In this document: positions 22,827-32,499 of the stretch, one piece after another | Numbering within the stretch: position 1 is the stretch's first letter | Layout: each line of letters starts with the position of its first letter | Source: Vicinamibacterales bacterium | GTDB taxonomy: Bacteria; Acidobacteriota; Vicinamibacteria; Vicinamibacterales; UBA2999 | Direction: 5' to 3' | Assembly: GCA_040081265.1 (NCBI GenBank) | Contig: JBEBGV010000003.1 | Span: 73,781-137,780 of the forward strand | Length of the DNA: 64,000 bases | Translations under genes and position numbers: made by a program | Notes under the pieces: generated by a model | What the model saw: the letters and a program-made list of their open reading frames with translations, nothing else | What the model was told of the DNA's origin: nothing | The model's database searches: none

Positions 22827-23234
22827 ATGAGCGACCGCGTCCCGGCTATCAAGGTGCTGCTGCTGCCCAAGGACACCAACGCCTACGGGACGATCTTCGG
22901 CGGCGTGATTCTGTCGAACATCGACCTCGCGTCGGCGGTAGAGGCCCGCAAGGCCGGCCCGTGCCGCTACGTGACGAAGGCCATGCGGGAAGTGGAGTTT
23001 CACGACCCGGTCTTTGTGGGTGACGTCGTGAGCTTTTACACCGAGACGGTGCGCGTGGGCCGCACTTCCGTGACGGTCAAGGTGTCGGTGATCGCCGAGC
23101 GGTGGGGCGTCAACGGCCGCTCGACGCCGGGACGGGGTGAGCACGTCATGGTGACCGAGGCCGAGGTCGTGCTGGTGGCGGTCGACGACAAGGGCCGTCC
23201 GACTCCGATTCGTCCCGAGCCGGCGCAGGCCTGA
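22827..23234 (+). CDS. Acyl-CoA thioesterase, hotdog fold
   Basis: Start at the ATG at 22827 (MSDRVPAIKVLLLPKDTNAYGTIFGGVILSNIDLA...), an Acot/YciA-like signature. Confidence 0.85.
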   Translation: MSDRVPAIKVLLLPKDTNAYGTIFGGVILSNIDLASAVEARKAGPCRYVTKAMREVEFHDPVFVGDVVSFYTETVRVGRTSVTVKVSVIAERWGVNGRSTPGRGEHVMVTEAEVVLVAVDDKGRPTPIRPEPAQA

Positions 23235-23291
23235 TCCCTGTATGATCCCTTCTCTGGCGAGGGCCCACCGCTCTGCCGGCATCTGCATCGC

Positions 23292-24620
23292 ATGAAATGG
23301 ATTAGTACCAGGGGCGCGGCACCAGCCGTCCCGTTTATCGACGCTCTGTTTGCCGGGACTGCGCCCGACGGGGGGCTGTATTTTCCCGAGCGGTTCGACC
23401 CGCTGCCACGCGCGGCCCTCGAGGCGATTCGTGCCAACGACCTGGTTGGCATCGGCACCATCGTCGGCGAGCATCTGCTGAAGGGCGAGATTACCGAGAG
23501 CGTCCTGTATCCGCTCATTGCGCAGGCGCTCGATTTTCCCATCCCGCTGGTTCAGGTGACCGATCGCATCTGGGCGCTGGAGCTCTTTCACGGGCCAACG
23601 CTCGCGTTCAAGGACGTGGGGGCGCGCGTCCAGGCGCGGTTGCTGCACCACTTCACGGACGGTACGCCGCTGACCATTCTGGTCGCCACCTCCGGAGACA
23701 CCGGCAGCGCCGTCGCACAGTCCTTTCATCGCGTGCCTGACACGCGCGTCGTCGTCCTGTATCCAGAGGGCCAGGTCAGCGATGTCCAGGAAGCGCAGAT
23801 GGCCTCGCTCGGCGACAACGTGCTGGCCATCGCCGTCAAAGGCACCTTCGACGACTGCCAGCGGCTGGTCAAGCAGGCGTTCGCCGATGACGAGTTGCGC
23901 AGGCACGTGTGGCTGACGCCGGCGAACTCGATCAACCTGGGGAGGCTGCTGCCGCAGGTGTTCTATTACTTCCTGCTGGCGCGACTCGGCTCGGCCGCGG
24001 GAGGCGCGAACGGGCGTTCGGGCCCGATCGTGTCGGTGCCGAGCGGCAATTTCGGGAATCTGACCGCCGGGCTCATCGCCAAGCGCCTCGGCCTGCACGT
24101 ATCGCAGTTTGTGGCGGCCACCAACGTGAACGACGTGGTTCCCGAATACCTGCGGACGGGCATCTACAGCCCGCGTGCGTCTGTTCGCACAGTGGCCAAC
24201 GCGATGGACGTGGGGGCGCCGAGCAACTTCGAGCGGATCCGCGCGCTCTACAACGACGACATCGACGCGATTCGCGCCGACGTCACCGGCGCTGTCTATG
24301 ACGACTCGACGGTGGTGGCCGAGATCGGGCGCGTCTATCGCCGCTACGGATACCTGCTCGATCCGCACGGTGCGATTGCCTGGCTTGGTTTGAACGACGC
24401 GCTTAAAGCGGCCGGGCCGCAGGCCCGCGGGGTGTTCCTCGCGACGGCGCATCCCGCCAAGTTCCGTGACGTGGTCGGCCCCGCAATCGGAGACGACGTC
24501 CCGTTGCCACCGGCGATCGAGGCGGCACTTGCCAAGCCGCGCCACAGCACCCCTCTCGATGCGCGGTACGACGCGCTGCTCGACCTGCTGCGTTCGAACG
24601 TCGGCGTCGGTATCGCCTAG
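23292..24620 (+). CDS. thrC: Threonine synthase
   Basis: 442 aa. MKWISTRG...GGLYFPE at the N-terminus, LELFHGPTLAFKDVG (PLP lysine), and ATSGDTGSA. Confidence 0.93.
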   Translation: MKWISTRGAAPAVPFIDALFAGTAPDGGLYFPERFDPLPRAALEAIRANDLVGIGTIVGEHLLKGEITESVLYPLIAQALDFPIPLVQVTDRIWALELFHGPTLAFKDVGARVQARLLHHFTDGTPLTILVATSGDTGSAVAQSFHRVPDTRVVVLYPEGQVSDVQEAQMASLGDNVLAIAVKGTFDDCQRLVKQAFADDELRRHVWLTPANSINLGRLLPQVFYYFLLARLGSAAGGANGRSGPIVSVPSGNFGNLTAGLIAKRLGLHVSQFVAATNVNDVVPEYLRTGIYSPRASVRTVANAMDVGAPSNFERIRALYNDDIDAIRADVTGAVYDDSTVVAEIGRVYRRYGYLLDPHGAIAWLGLNDALKAAGPQARGVFLATAHPAKFRDVVGPAIGDDVPLPPAIEAALAKPRHSTPLDARYDALLDLLRSNVGVGIA

Positions 24621-24631
24621 GGAGAGTCACC

Positions 24632-26470
24632 GTGCCACCTCTGGACCCCTTCCGCCCTGGCGCAGGTGGCGTGCCTGCTCGCGAGTCGGTCCCGGATCGC
24701 TACAAGTGGAACCTGGACGACGTCTGCGCAGACTGGGACGCGTGGCAGCGGAGCTACGCCGAGCTCGAACAGGCGGTTGACGCCTTCACGTCGTTCCGGG
24801 GCACCCTGGCTGAAGGTGGACGCCGCCTCCTCGAAGCCTTCCGGGCGATGGACGCGATGGGAGCGCTCAGCTATCGCGTCTGGTACTTTGCGTCCCTGCA
24901 CTACGATCAGGACCAGCGCAACAACCAGATCAATGCGCGTCGCCAGCAGGTGCAGATTCTCTTCGCCCGCCAGCACCAGGCGAGTTCGTGGTTCAACCCC
25001 GAACTGCTCGAGATTCCGGTTGCGACTGTCCGTGGCTGGGTGGAGTCCGACGCAGACCTGGCCGTCTACCGGTTTGCGATCGAGAGCCTCTTCCACGAGC
25101 AGGAGCACGTGCTCGACGCGTCCGGGGAGCGTCTCATGTCGTTTGCGGGTCGCTCCGGCAGCGTTCCCTACGACAGCTATTCCGCACTGACCACCGCCGA
25201 CATCAAGTTCCCGTCGATCACCCTGAGCGCCGGCCAGGAGGTGACGCTGACGTACGGGCAGTATCGCGCCCTGCTCGAAACCAACCGGGTGCAGGAGGAT
25301 CGCGCGACGGCCTACCGGGCGTTTCACAAGACGTTTGCCGACAACCAGAACACCTATGCCGCTCTCTACAACGGCGTACTGCAGCGCGACTGGTTTCATG
25401 CCCGGGCGCGTGGCTACGCGTCGACCCTTGATGCCGCGCTCCACGGCAACAACATTCCCACGACGGTGGTGGAGAACCTGATCCACGAGGCCAAGGCCGG
25501 GGTCGAACCGCTGCGGCGCTACCACCGCCTGCGTCGGCGCGTGCTGGGAATGCCGACCTACCGAATCTTCGACTTCTCGGTTTCCCTCGTCGATCACGAC
25601 GCGCGGTATCCGTATGACGAGGTTGGAAGCTGGATCGTCGACGCGTGTGCCCGGCTCGGCTCCGACTACCAGGACAACGTGAGGCGTGCGTTTCAGGGCG
25701 GGTGGATTGACGTCTTCGAGAATGCGGGAAAGCGAAGCGGCGCGTACTCGGCGCCTGTGTACGGAACACATCCGTACATGCTGTTGAACTACAACGAAAC
25801 GCTCGACTCTGTCTTTACGCTGGCACACGAAATGGGGCACTCCATGCACACGCTGCTGTCGCATCGTGCCCAGCCGTTCGTGTATGCCGGCTACACGATC
25901 TTCGTTGCCGAGGTGCCGTCCACGCTCAGCGAGGCCCTGTTTCTGGACCTGATGCTCGAACGTGCCAGCAGTCGCGCCGAGCGCGCCGTCCTGCTTCAGC
26001 ACGCCATCGACAGCATTACCGGCACCTTCTACACGCAAGTGCTCTTTGCCGACTTCGAGTTGCAGGCGCACCGCCTGGTCGAGCGGGATCAGCCGATCAC
26101 GGCCGACGTGTTGAACGCACTCTATGCGACCCTGCTGCGCGAGTACTACGGGGATGTCATCGATGAAGAGGAACTGTCACGGGTGACGTGGGCACGCATC
26201 CCGCACTTCTTCAGCACGCCCTACTACGTCTACCAGTACGCGACATGCTTTGCGTCCACCGCGAGCCTGATGCAGGGGATTCGCGCGCAGGACGGGTCGA
26301 CGCGCGACGCGGCGGTTCAGAAGTATCTGGCCCTGCTGAGTTCGGGCGGCAGTGACTATCCGATGGCACTGCTCGCGCGCGCGGGTGTTGACCTGAGCCG
26401 GCCCGACACCGTCAGGGCCGTCACGGCCGAACTCGACGTGCTGGTGGGGAAGCTCGAAGCCGAGCTCTGA
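24632..26470 (+). CDS. pepF: Oligoendopeptidase F family (peptidase M3B)
   Basis: 612 aa with a GTG start and an HEMGHSMH zinc motif in M3B context. Confidence 0.9.
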   Translation: MPPLDPFRPGAGGVPARESVPDRYKWNLDDVCADWDAWQRSYAELEQAVDAFTSFRGTLAEGGRRLLEAFRAMDAMGALSYRVWYFASLHYDQDQRNNQINARRQQVQILFARQHQASSWFNPELLEIPVATVRGWVESDADLAVYRFAIESLFHEQEHVLDASGERLMSFAGRSGSVPYDSYSALTTADIKFPSITLSAGQEVTLTYGQYRALLETNRVQEDRATAYRAFHKTFADNQNTYAALYNGVLQRDWFHARARGYASTLDAALHGNNIPTTVVENLIHEAKAGVEPLRRYHRLRRRVLGMPTYRIFDFSVSLVDHDARYPYDEVGSWIVDACARLGSDYQDNVRRAFQGGWIDVFENAGKRSGAYSAPVYGTHPYMLLNYNETLDSVFTLAHEMGHSMHTLLSHRAQPFVYAGYTIFVAEVPSTLSEALFLDLMLERASSRAERAVLLQHAIDSITGTFYTQVLFADFELQAHRLVERDQPITADVLNALYATLLREYYGDVIDEEELSRVTWARIPHFFSTPYYVYQYATCFASTASLMQGIRAQDGSTRDAAVQKYLALLSSGGSDYPMALLARAGVDLSRPDTVRAVTAELDVLVGKLEAEL

Positions 26471-26473
26471 TTC

Positions 26474-27013
26474 CTACCGGGGACGGCCGAACATCTCTGC
26501 GTAGTACGGTCGTCCGTTGGCGTCCTTCGCCACCCCGAACCCAAACTCCGTATAGGACGGGTTGAGGATGTTTGCCCGGTGACTCGCGGAGTTCATCCAG
26601 GCTGACACCACTTCGGCCTCCGAGCGTTGCCCCATGGCGACGTTCTCGCCGTAGGCCGCCCATGAGTAGGCAACCGCCGCCAGCCTGTCCGACGGGCTGG
26701 GGTACGGCGCTCCCGGAAGCACATGGTCCATCTGACTCGCGCTGCCCATCTGATCTGACTGGAGCTGGGCGGCGGTGGTCAGTTTGGGGTTCTCCTGCAG
26801 CGCTGGAACTCCGGCACGGCGACGTTCTGCGTTGGTCATTGCCAGGACCGACGCCACCTGAGTGGCAGTGGCCGGAGAGGTCGAGGTGGAAGCGGCGGTT
26901 GCGGCGGTGGTCGACGTGGCGCCCGACACCGTGCTCGGGGCGGTGGGTCCGGCGCACGCCAGGAGCCCGAGGATCGCCGATGTCAGCAGCGTCCGGTACG
27001 CAAAGGGAGGCAC
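26474..27013 (-). CDS. CAP/SCP-domain secreted (lipo)protein
   Basis: 179 aa. Signal with LLAC lipobox-like cysteine. MTNAERRRAGVPAL...WMNSASHRANILNPSYTEFGFG is the CAP (SCP/PR-1-like) signature. Confidence 0.85.
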   Translation of the reverse strand: MPPFAYRTLLTSAILGLLACAGPTAPSTVSGATSTTAATAASTSTSPATATQVASVLAMTNAERRRAGVPALQENPKLTTAAQLQSDQMGSASQMDHVLPGAPYPSPSDRLAAVAYSWAAYGENVAMGQRSEAEVVSAWMNSASHRANILNPSYTEFGFGVAKDANGRPYYAEMFGRPR

Positions 27014-27154
27014 GCTTCAGGCGCTGCAACCCGCGTCCCCGTCGTTCCTGCACGGCATCACGCAGAACGACGCCATCCCCGTGCCCCGAAGCGGAGCACG
27101 GTCTCACGGGATTGTGAGTGCGGCCCGCACCTCGGAGAGTGTTGACCGGGTCGA

Positions 27155-27189
27155 CCGGATATGAAACACTAAATCCGGATTTACGGATT
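27155..27189. promoter_or_regulatory. CCGGAT half-site array including the perfect 12-bp palindrome AAATCCGGATTT: candidate operator of sahR-like paralogue 2
   Basis: CCGGATAT-N8-AAATCCGG (27155-27178), AAATCCGGATTT (27171-27182), and CGGATT (27184-27189). The array abuts the ATG at 27191. Confidence 0.4.
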
Positions 27190-27190
27190 A

Positions 27191-28129
27191 ATGGTTGCAA
27201 TTCTGGATCACATGTCGGCGCTCGCCGACCCCACTCGCTGCCGCATCCTCGTGCTGCTCGAGAAGCATGAACTCACGGTGTCAGAACTGTGCGCGGTGCT
27301 CCAGATGCCACAGTCCAGCGTGAGCCGGCAGCTGAAGACGCTGGCCGACGATGGCTGGGTCGCGTCACGACGTGATGCAACGAGCCGCTTCTACAGCATG
27401 TCCGCCGAGGATCTCGACGAGGGTGCCAGACAGCTGTGGCCGATCATCCGCGAACAGGTCACAGGCACGCGGTCCGCGGCTCACGACGAACAGCGCCTGC
27501 GTGGGGTACTGGCACGGCGACGAGTGAAGTCAGAAGAGTTCTTTGCAACCGCAGCCGCCGGGTGGGACCACATCCGCGAAGGACTGTTCGGGGACTCCTT
27601 TTATCTCTGGGCCGTGCTGGGACTCATTGACCCAACGCTCACGGTGGGCGATCTGGGATGCGGGACCGGGCAGCTCTCAGCCACGGTGGCTCCCCACGTG
27701 GCGCGCATCATCGCCGTCGATGCGTCATCGGACATGCTGGACGCGGCGCGGACGCGGCTTGCGGGAACCGACAACGTGGACGTGCGAGAAGGCCACCTCG
27801 AGGCGCTGCCGATCGCGGATGGAGAGCTCGACGCGGCGATGCTGTCGCTCGTCCTGCACTACTCGCCGGATCCGGCCCGGGCCCTCGCCGAGGCGGCGCG
27901 CGCGCTCAGGCCCGGAGGACGCATCCTGGTGGTCGACATGCAGCCGCACGAGCGCACCGAATATCAGCAGCACATGGGCCATGTGTGGCTGGGTTTTTCG
28001 GAAAAGCAGATTGGACGGTATCTGGCCGGTGCCGGGTTCGACGCGGTACGGGTGCATTCCCTGCCGGTCGATCCCGATGCGCGGGGGCCCGGACTCTTTG
28101 CGGCAACGGCAATGAAAGTTCTTTCGTAG
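27191..28129 (+). CDS. ArsR-type HTH fused to a SAM-dependent-methyltransferase fold (SahR-like regulator), paralogue 2
   Basis: 312 aa. [47 protein letters not shown] is an Ars[15 protein letters not shown]...[13 protein letters not shown] is the MTase fold. The gene lies 74 nt upstream of ahcY on the same strand. An alternative start lies at 27212. Confidence 0.85.
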   Translation: MVAILDHMSALADPTRCRILVLLEKHELTVSELCAVLQMPQSSVSRQLKTLADDGWVASRRDATSRFYSMSAEDLDEGARQLWPIIREQVTGTRSAAHDEQRLRGVLARRRVKSEEFFATAAAGWDHIREGLFGDSFYLWAVLGLIDPTLTVGDLGCGTGQLSATVAPHVARIIAVDASSDMLDAARTRLAGTDNVDVREGHLEALPIADGELDAAMLSLVLHYSPDPARALAEAARALRPGGRILVVDMQPHERTEYQQHMGHVWLGFSEKQIGRYLAGAGFDAVRVHSLPVDPDARGPGLFAATAMKVLS

Positions 28130-28203
28130 GGCGGACCTTCAGGTCCGTCACTGGTGTGAATGACCCGCGACGTGACGCCGCGAGTCGATGTGAGGAGATA
28201 GCA

Positions 28204-29706
28204 ATGGCAACAGTTCTGACCGAGAAGAGGCACGCGTTCGAGACGGCGACACAGGCGGGACGTCCCGCGTTCAAGGTCGCCGATCTGGGCCTGGCCGAGT
28301 GGGGGCGTAAGGAAATGAGGCTCGCGGAGCACGAGATGCCCGGATTGATGGCGCTTCGCACCCGCTACGCGGGCAAGAAGCCGCTGGCTGGCGCCCGCAT
28401 CATGGGCAGCCTGCACATGACCATCCAGACGGCAGTGCTCATCGAAACCCTGGCCGACCTTGGAGCAGACGTCCGCTGGGTGTCGTGCAACATCTTCTCG
28501 ACGCAGGATCACGCGGCCGCCGCCGTGGTGGTGGGCCGTCCCGAAACCGGTGGCACCGTGGCTCAGCCGAAGGGCATCCCGGTGTTTGCGTGGAAGGGTG
28601 AGTCCCTGGACGAGTACTGGTGGTGCACGGTCGAAGCGCTGGTCTGGCCGGATGGTTCTGGCCCGACGCTGATCGTCGACGATGGCGGGGACGCGACGCT
28701 GTTCGTGCACAAGGCCGCCGAGTATGAGAAGGCTGGCACGGTGCCGTCATTCAACCCGGACAAGGAGCCTGAGGAGTGGGGGGTCATTCTTGCCACCCTG
28801 ACCCGTGAACTCAAGGCCAACCCCGGTCGATGGACTGCCGTCGCGAAGAGTATCCGGGGCGTCAGCGAGGAAACGACGACCGGTGTCCACCGTCTCTACC
28901 AGATGAAGGATGCCGGCACATTGCTCTTCCCGGCCATCAACGTCAACGACTCGGTGACCAAGAGCAAGTTCGACAACATCTTCGGCTGCCGCCACTCGCT
29001 GCCGGACGGCCTGGCTCGTGCGACCGACGTGATGCTTGGCGGTAAGGTCGCCCTGGTGCTTGGCTACGGAGAAGTGGGCAAGGGCTGCGCACAGGCGCTG
29101 CGCGGACAGGGCTGCCGGGTCATCGTCACCGAAATCGACCCGATTTGCGCGCTGCAGGCGGCGATGGAGGGCTTCGAGGTGAAGACCCTCGAAGATGTCG
29201 TGTCCACCGCGGATATCTTCGTGACGGCGACCGGCAACTTCAACATCATCACGGTCGAGCACATGGCCCGCATGAAGGACAAGGCCATCGTCGGGAACAT
29301 CGGTCACTTCGACAATGAAATCGACATGGCCGGCCTGAAGAAGACCAAGGGCATCGAGCGCATCAACATCAAGCCGCAGTACGACGAATTCAAGTTTCCT
29401 GATGGCCACAGCGTCATGGTGCTGGCCGAAGGACGCCTGCTCAACCTGGGTTGCGCAACCGGACACCCGAGCTTCGTGATGTCGGCGTCGTTCACCAATC
29501 AGGTGCTGGCACAGCTCGAACTGCACGCCAACGCCGAGAAGTACGGCATCTCGGTCACGATGCTGCCCAAGGCGCTTGACGAAGAGGTGGCGCGTCTCCA
29601 CCTCGATCATCTGGGCGTCAAGCTGACCACGCTCTCCAAGGATCAGGCCGACTACATCGGCGTGCCAGTGGAAGGGCCGTACAAGCCCAACCACTATCGG
29701 TACTGA
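28204..29706 (+). CDS. ahcY: Adenosylhomocysteinase
   Basis: Start taken at the ATG at 28204 ([52 protein letters not shown]...). The 682-aa ORF from 27658 overlaps the regulator in another frame. Contains the [13 protein letters not shown] motif and ends NHYRY. Confidence 0.95.
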   Translation: MATVLTEKRHAFETATQAGRPAFKVADLGLAEWGRKEMRLAEHEMPGLMALRTRYAGKKPLAGARIMGSLHMTIQTAVLIETLADLGADVRWVSCNIFSTQDHAAAAVVVGRPETGGTVAQPKGIPVFAWKGESLDEYWWCTVEALVWPDGSGPTLIVDDGGDATLFVHKAAEYEKAGTVPSFNPDKEPEEWGVILATLTRELKANPGRWTAVAKSIRGVSEETTTGVHRLYQMKDAGTLLFPAINVNDSVTKSKFDNIFGCRHSLPDGLARATDVMLGGKVALVLGYGEVGKGCAQALRGQGCRVIVTEIDPICALQAAMEGFEVKTLEDVVSTADIFVTATGNFNIITVEHMARMKDKAIVGNIGHFDNEIDMAGLKKTKGIERINIKPQYDEFKFPDGHSVMVLAEGRLLNLGCATGHPSFVMSASFTNQVLAQLELHANAEKYGISVTMLPKALDEEVARLHLDHLGVKLTTLSKDQADYIGVPVEGPYKPNHYRY

Positions 29707-29729
29707 AGCACGATCGTCTGTGTGAGGAG

Positions 29730-29756
29730 GGGCCGGCGCGCGCCGGCCCTTCTTTT
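29730..29756 (+). terminator. Rho-independent terminator of ahcY
   Basis: GGGCCGGCG/CGCCGGCCC self-complementary stem (29730-29749) followed by TTCTTTT. Confidence 0.75.
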
Positions 29757-29803
29757 GTCCAGCCGGTCCTGCTCTCCGGCCGCCACTTGTTCCAGAATAG
29801 GGC

Positions 29804-30337
29804 ATGACATCTCTCCGCATCGCCCTGGTGTCGCTGCTGGTGCTGGCCGGTGTTTCCGCTGCGTCCGCCCAGGTCGGGACCACAGGATTCAAGACACGCG
29901 TGCAGAAGGACATCCGGGCGACTCCCGAGAAGGTCTATGCGGCGTTCCTCCAGATCGGCCAGTGGTGGAGTCCGGGCCACACATATTCGGGAGACGCCTC
30001 GAACCTGTCGCTCGAAGCGCGCCCCGGTGGCTGCTTCTGCGAACGCCTGCCCAATGGAGGTGGGGTGGAGCACTTGCGGGTTGTCTATCTCGCCCCTGGT
30101 GAGGCTATCCGCTTGTCGGGTGCCCTCGGTCCGCTTCAGGCGCTCGGCGTCAACGGCAGTCTGACTGTCGAGTTCAAGGCGGCTTCGACGCGAACGGTTG
30201 TCGAAATGACCTACGCGGTGGGTGGCTTCAGCGAGGGTGGTTTCAACCAGCTCGCTCCCGCCGTCACCGGCGTGCTGACCGAGCAGATGAACCGGCTTCA
30301 GAGTTTCATCGAGACCGGACGACTGCCGAGGAACTGA
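29804..30337 (+). CDS. Secreted SRPBCC (START/AHSA1-like) superfamily protein
   Basis: 177 aa. Signal peptide (LVLAGVSAASAQ). The IRATPEKVYAAFLQIGQWWSPGHTYSG pattern is typical of AHSA1/polyketide-cyclase-like folds. Confidence 0.7.
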   Translation: MTSLRIALVSLLVLAGVSAASAQVGTTGFKTRVQKDIRATPEKVYAAFLQIGQWWSPGHTYSGDASNLSLEARPGGCFCERLPNGGGVEHLRVVYLAPGEAIRLSGALGPLQALGVNGSLTVEFKAASTRTVVEMTYAVGGFSEGGFNQLAPAVTGVLTEQMNRLQSFIETGRLPRN

Positions 30338-30339
30338 CC

Positions 30340-31302
30340 GTGAATGCGATTGCTGACGTGCTGGTATCGGCGGTTCTCGAGTTCCTCGGGGGCCAGGACA
30401 TTCTGACGCTGTCCGACGTGCGTGACGAACTCGAGCGGGAGATCGTTTCGGCAGGTCCGGGCGCGCTCGTCGGGCTCAAGGAGCGGCTCACGGCCGACGT
30501 CGGGTGGGACTACATCGCGCCTGATCCGCTCGTCAGGCGAATTCATCACCTGCTCGCCGAGCGCTTCCTGGATCCTGAATCTGCGTTGTCAGGCGGGGAA
30601 CACCTGAGCACGCTCGAGGGACGCCCCGTCGTCTTTGCCTCGAACCATCTGTCCTACGCCGACGCCAACGTCATTGAGGTGCTCCTGCAGCGCTCGGGGC
30701 TCGAGTCATGGGCTGTTCGCCTGACGGCCCTGGCCGGCCCGAAGGTGTTTACCAGCCGCACTCGGCGTTTTTCCAGCCTGTGCTTCGGGACCGTCAAGGT
30801 GCCCCAGAGCGCTGACGTCTCGTCTGAGGAAGCTGCGATGAGCCCCAGGGACGTCGCCCGGGCCGCGAGGCACGCCATCGAGGTCGCGCACAAGCGACTC
30901 GAGGCCGGCGATGCACTGATCCTCTTTGGCGAAGGCACACGCAGTCGCAGCGGGGGCATGCAGCCGATCCTCGGCGGGGTAGCGCGGTATCTCGAACGTC
31001 CCGGCACATGGGTGGTGCCGACGGCGCTCATCGGCTCTGAAACGTTCTTTGCCGTGGGAGACACGACGATCAGGCCAAGCCGGGTGATGATGACGCTGGG
31101 CGCCCCGATCAGCGCCGACGCGCTGTTTGCCGCGGCCAATGGCGACAGACGACTGGTGGTCGATGCTGTTGGCCTCGCCATCGCCGGGGAACTGCCGCAG
31201 GAATACCGAGGCACCTACGGAGATGGCGAGCCCTTTACGGATGCACGGCAGGCGCTGATGGCGGCGAGGCTGCTGCCGGGCAGCTCGTCTGGCGGGTCCT
31301 AG
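30340..31302 (+). CDS. Lysophospholipid (1-acyl-sn-glycerol-3-phosphate) acyltransferase family protein
   Basis: 320 aa with a GTG start. NHLSYAD (HX4D) and FGEGTRSRSG acyltransferase motifs. Confidence 0.85.
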   Translation: MNAIADVLVSAVLEFLGGQDILTLSDVRDELEREIVSAGPGALVGLKERLTADVGWDYIAPDPLVRRIHHLLAERFLDPESALSGGEHLSTLEGRPVVFASNHLSYADANVIEVLLQRSGLESWAVRLTALAGPKVFTSRTRRFSSLCFGTVKVPQSADVSSEEAAMSPRDVARAARHAIEVAHKRLEAGDALILFGEGTRSRSGGMQPILGGVARYLERPGTWVVPTALIGSETFFAVGDTTIRPSRVMMTLGAPISADALFAAANGDRRLVVDAVGLAIAGELPQEYRGTYGDGEPFTDARQALMAARLLPGSSSGGS

Positions 31303-31310
31303 AACCTCGT

Positions 31311-32462
31311 TCAGCGGGCGGTCGCAACGACGCGCGCCGTGGGTCGGACCTGCGGGTGTGCCAGCAGAATACGCAGCATCCGACGCAGAGGCTCTGCCGC
31401 TCCCCACAGCAACTGATCGCCCACGGTGAACGCCGTCAGGTACTCACCGCCCATGGCCAGCTTGCGCAGACGGCCAATTGGCGTCCGCAGCGTACCCGTG
31501 ACGGCAGCCGGTGTCAGCGCCCGCAGCGTAGCGTCCTTCTGATTGGGGATCACATCGACCCACTCGTGTGCCGACGCCAGCAGAGCCTCGATGTCGGGTA
31601 ACGGAACGTCTTCGGTGAGCTTCACCGTCAGTGCCTGAGAGTGGCAGCGCATCGCGCCGACGCGGACGCAGATGCCATCTACCGGGAGCGGGGTCGCGTC
31701 ACGCCCGAGGATCTTGTTGCACTCGGCCATTCCCTTCCACTCTTCCTTGCTCTGGCCGTTGCCGAGGTCCTTGTCGATCCAGGGCAGCACGCTGCCGGCG
31801 AGGGGATAGCCGAAATGGGTAACCGGGAACTGGTCACCCCGGATCGTTGCGGCAACGGTCCGGTCGATGTCGATGATGGCACTGGACGGATCGGCCAGCA
31901 GCGATGAAACCGACGCGTGGGCCACACCCATCTGAGAGACCAGCTCCCGCATCTGCTGGGCGCCTGCGCCAGACGCCGCCTGATAGGTCATGGCAGTGAC
32001 CCACTCGACCAGCCCGGCGCGAAAGAGCCCGGCCATCGACATCAGCATCAGGCTGACGGTGCAGTTGCCGCCGATGAAGTTTTTTCCACCAGCCACCAGG
32101 GCGCGATCGATGACATCCTGGTTGACGGGGTCGAGGATGATCACCGCATCGTCTTTCATGCGCAGTGTTGATGCAGCGTCGATCCAGTAGCCCTGCCAGC
32201 CGGCGGCACGAAGCTTCGGGTAGATTTCGGTGGTGTAGTCACCGCCCTGGCAGGAGATCAGGACATCCGCCTCGGCCAGCGCGTCGATGTCATGGGCGCT
32301 CTTGACCGCCGGAGCCGGCTTGCCAATCTGCGGGGCGGCTGCGCCGGCCTGCGAGGTCGAAAAAAACACCGGGTCGATGACGTCGAAGTCCCGCTCCTCG
32401 CGCATGCGCTGCACGAGCACCGAGCCCACCATCCCCCGCCAACCGATCAGTCCTGTCTTCAT
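31311..32462 (-). CDS. asd: Aspartate-semialdehyde dehydrogenase (E. coli-type)
   Basis: Start at [16 protein letters not shown] (complement 32460-32462). Contains the GGNCTVSLM active-site Cys. About 20 aa extend beyond the usual ...LRRMLR C-terminus. Confidence 0.93.
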   Translation of the reverse strand: MKTGLIGWRGMVGSVLVQRMREERDFDVIDPVFFSTSQAGAAAPQIGKPAPAVKSAHDIDALAEADVLISCQGGDYTTEIYPKLRAAGWQGYWIDAASTLRMKDDAVIILDPVNQDVIDRALVAGGKNFIGGNCTVSLMLMSMAGLFRAGLVEWVTAMTYQAASGAGAQQMRELVSQMGVAHASVSSLLADPSSAIIDIDRTVAATIRGDQFPVTHFGYPLAGSVLPWIDKDLGNGQSKEEWKGMAECNKILGRDATPLPVDGICVRVGAMRCHSQALTVKLTEDVPLPDIEALLASAHEWVDVIPNQKDATLRALTPAAVTGTLRTPIGRLRKLAMGGEYLTAFTVGDQLLWGAAEPLRRMLRILLAHPQVRPTARVVATAR

Positions 32463-32499
32463 GCGCGTATCCATCCGTAAAGCGTTCTATTGTACCAGC

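Noticed and set aside
27009-27022. Sigma-54-like GGCAC-N5-AGGC on the plus strand upstream of sahR-like paralogue 2.
   Set aside because: The -12 box lacks TT. The element overlaps the GTG start of the divergent CAP gene and lies about 170 nt from the nearest plus-strand start. It is probably a chance match.
28130-28203. Possible SAH riboswitch in the ahcY leader.
   Set aside because: The 74-nt leader contains only a short hairpin (CGGACC-TTCA-GGTCCG). I could not recognise the conserved SAH-riboswitch core or pseudoknot. A protein regulator (SahR-like) is encoded immediately upstream. An Rfam or Infernal scan would settle it.
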